Part shown: one piece after another, positions 63,913 through 64,000 of the stretch
Layout: each line of letters opens with the position of its first letter
Position numbering within the stretch: position 1 is the stretch's first letter
Source of the DNA: Octopus bimaculoides
Lineage: Eukaryota
Direction: 5' to 3'
DNA: 64,000 nt
Assembly (NCBI RefSeq): GCF_001194135.2
Contig: NC_068982.1
Location: 31,049,275-31,113,274 of the forward strand
Notes under the pieces: generated by a model
Told to the model about the DNA's origin: nothing
The model's database searches: none
The model's input: only the letters and a program-made list of their open reading frames with translations
Position numbers and translations under genes: made by a program

Positions 63913-64000
63913 AAGGCGGCGAGGTAGCAGAATGCCTAGTGGCATTTCCTCTGTCTTTTACATTTTTAAGCTCGAATGCCACCGAGGTCGACTATGGCTT
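63913..64000 (+). mobile_element. SINE family B 5' part, cut by the window end
   Basis: AAGGCGGCGAGGTAGCAGAAT...GAATGCCACCGAGGTCGACT. Confidence 0.7.

Overview
AT-rich, gap-ridden eukaryotic draft sequence. The dense (TA)n/(CA)n/(GA)n microsatellites and the recurring tRNA-derived SINE families suggest a coleoid cephalopod, probably Octopus; this is an inference from repeat content. I could not support any host protein-coding exon, so the window looks intronic or intergenic. Nearly all ORFs in the track are microsatellite or N-gap artefacts. The real coding signal is transposon remnants: a 5'-truncated RTE LINE (37641-39200), two R4/Dong-clade retrotransposon fragments (23975-24880, 50590-51704), CR1/L2-type fragments, two Tc1/mariner 3' ends, a Helitron 3' end and two Penelope-like GIY-YIG remnants. 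The most interesting signals are RNA-level. (i) A Penelope-like element carries a tRNA-like Pol III head just downstream of its GIY-YIG ORF (32237-32680). A solo copy of that 3' module (48122-48410) contains a minimal hammerhead ribozyme with all core nucleotides present. (ii) Further hammerhead motifs occur at 50075-50127(-) and 60816-60898(+). (iii) A 5S-rRNA-headed SINE has a tail resembling that of the main tRNA SINE (59881-60045). (iv) An 86-nt symmetric hairpin lies at 13195-13280. Several diverged local duplications are also present. All folds and alignments were done by eye.
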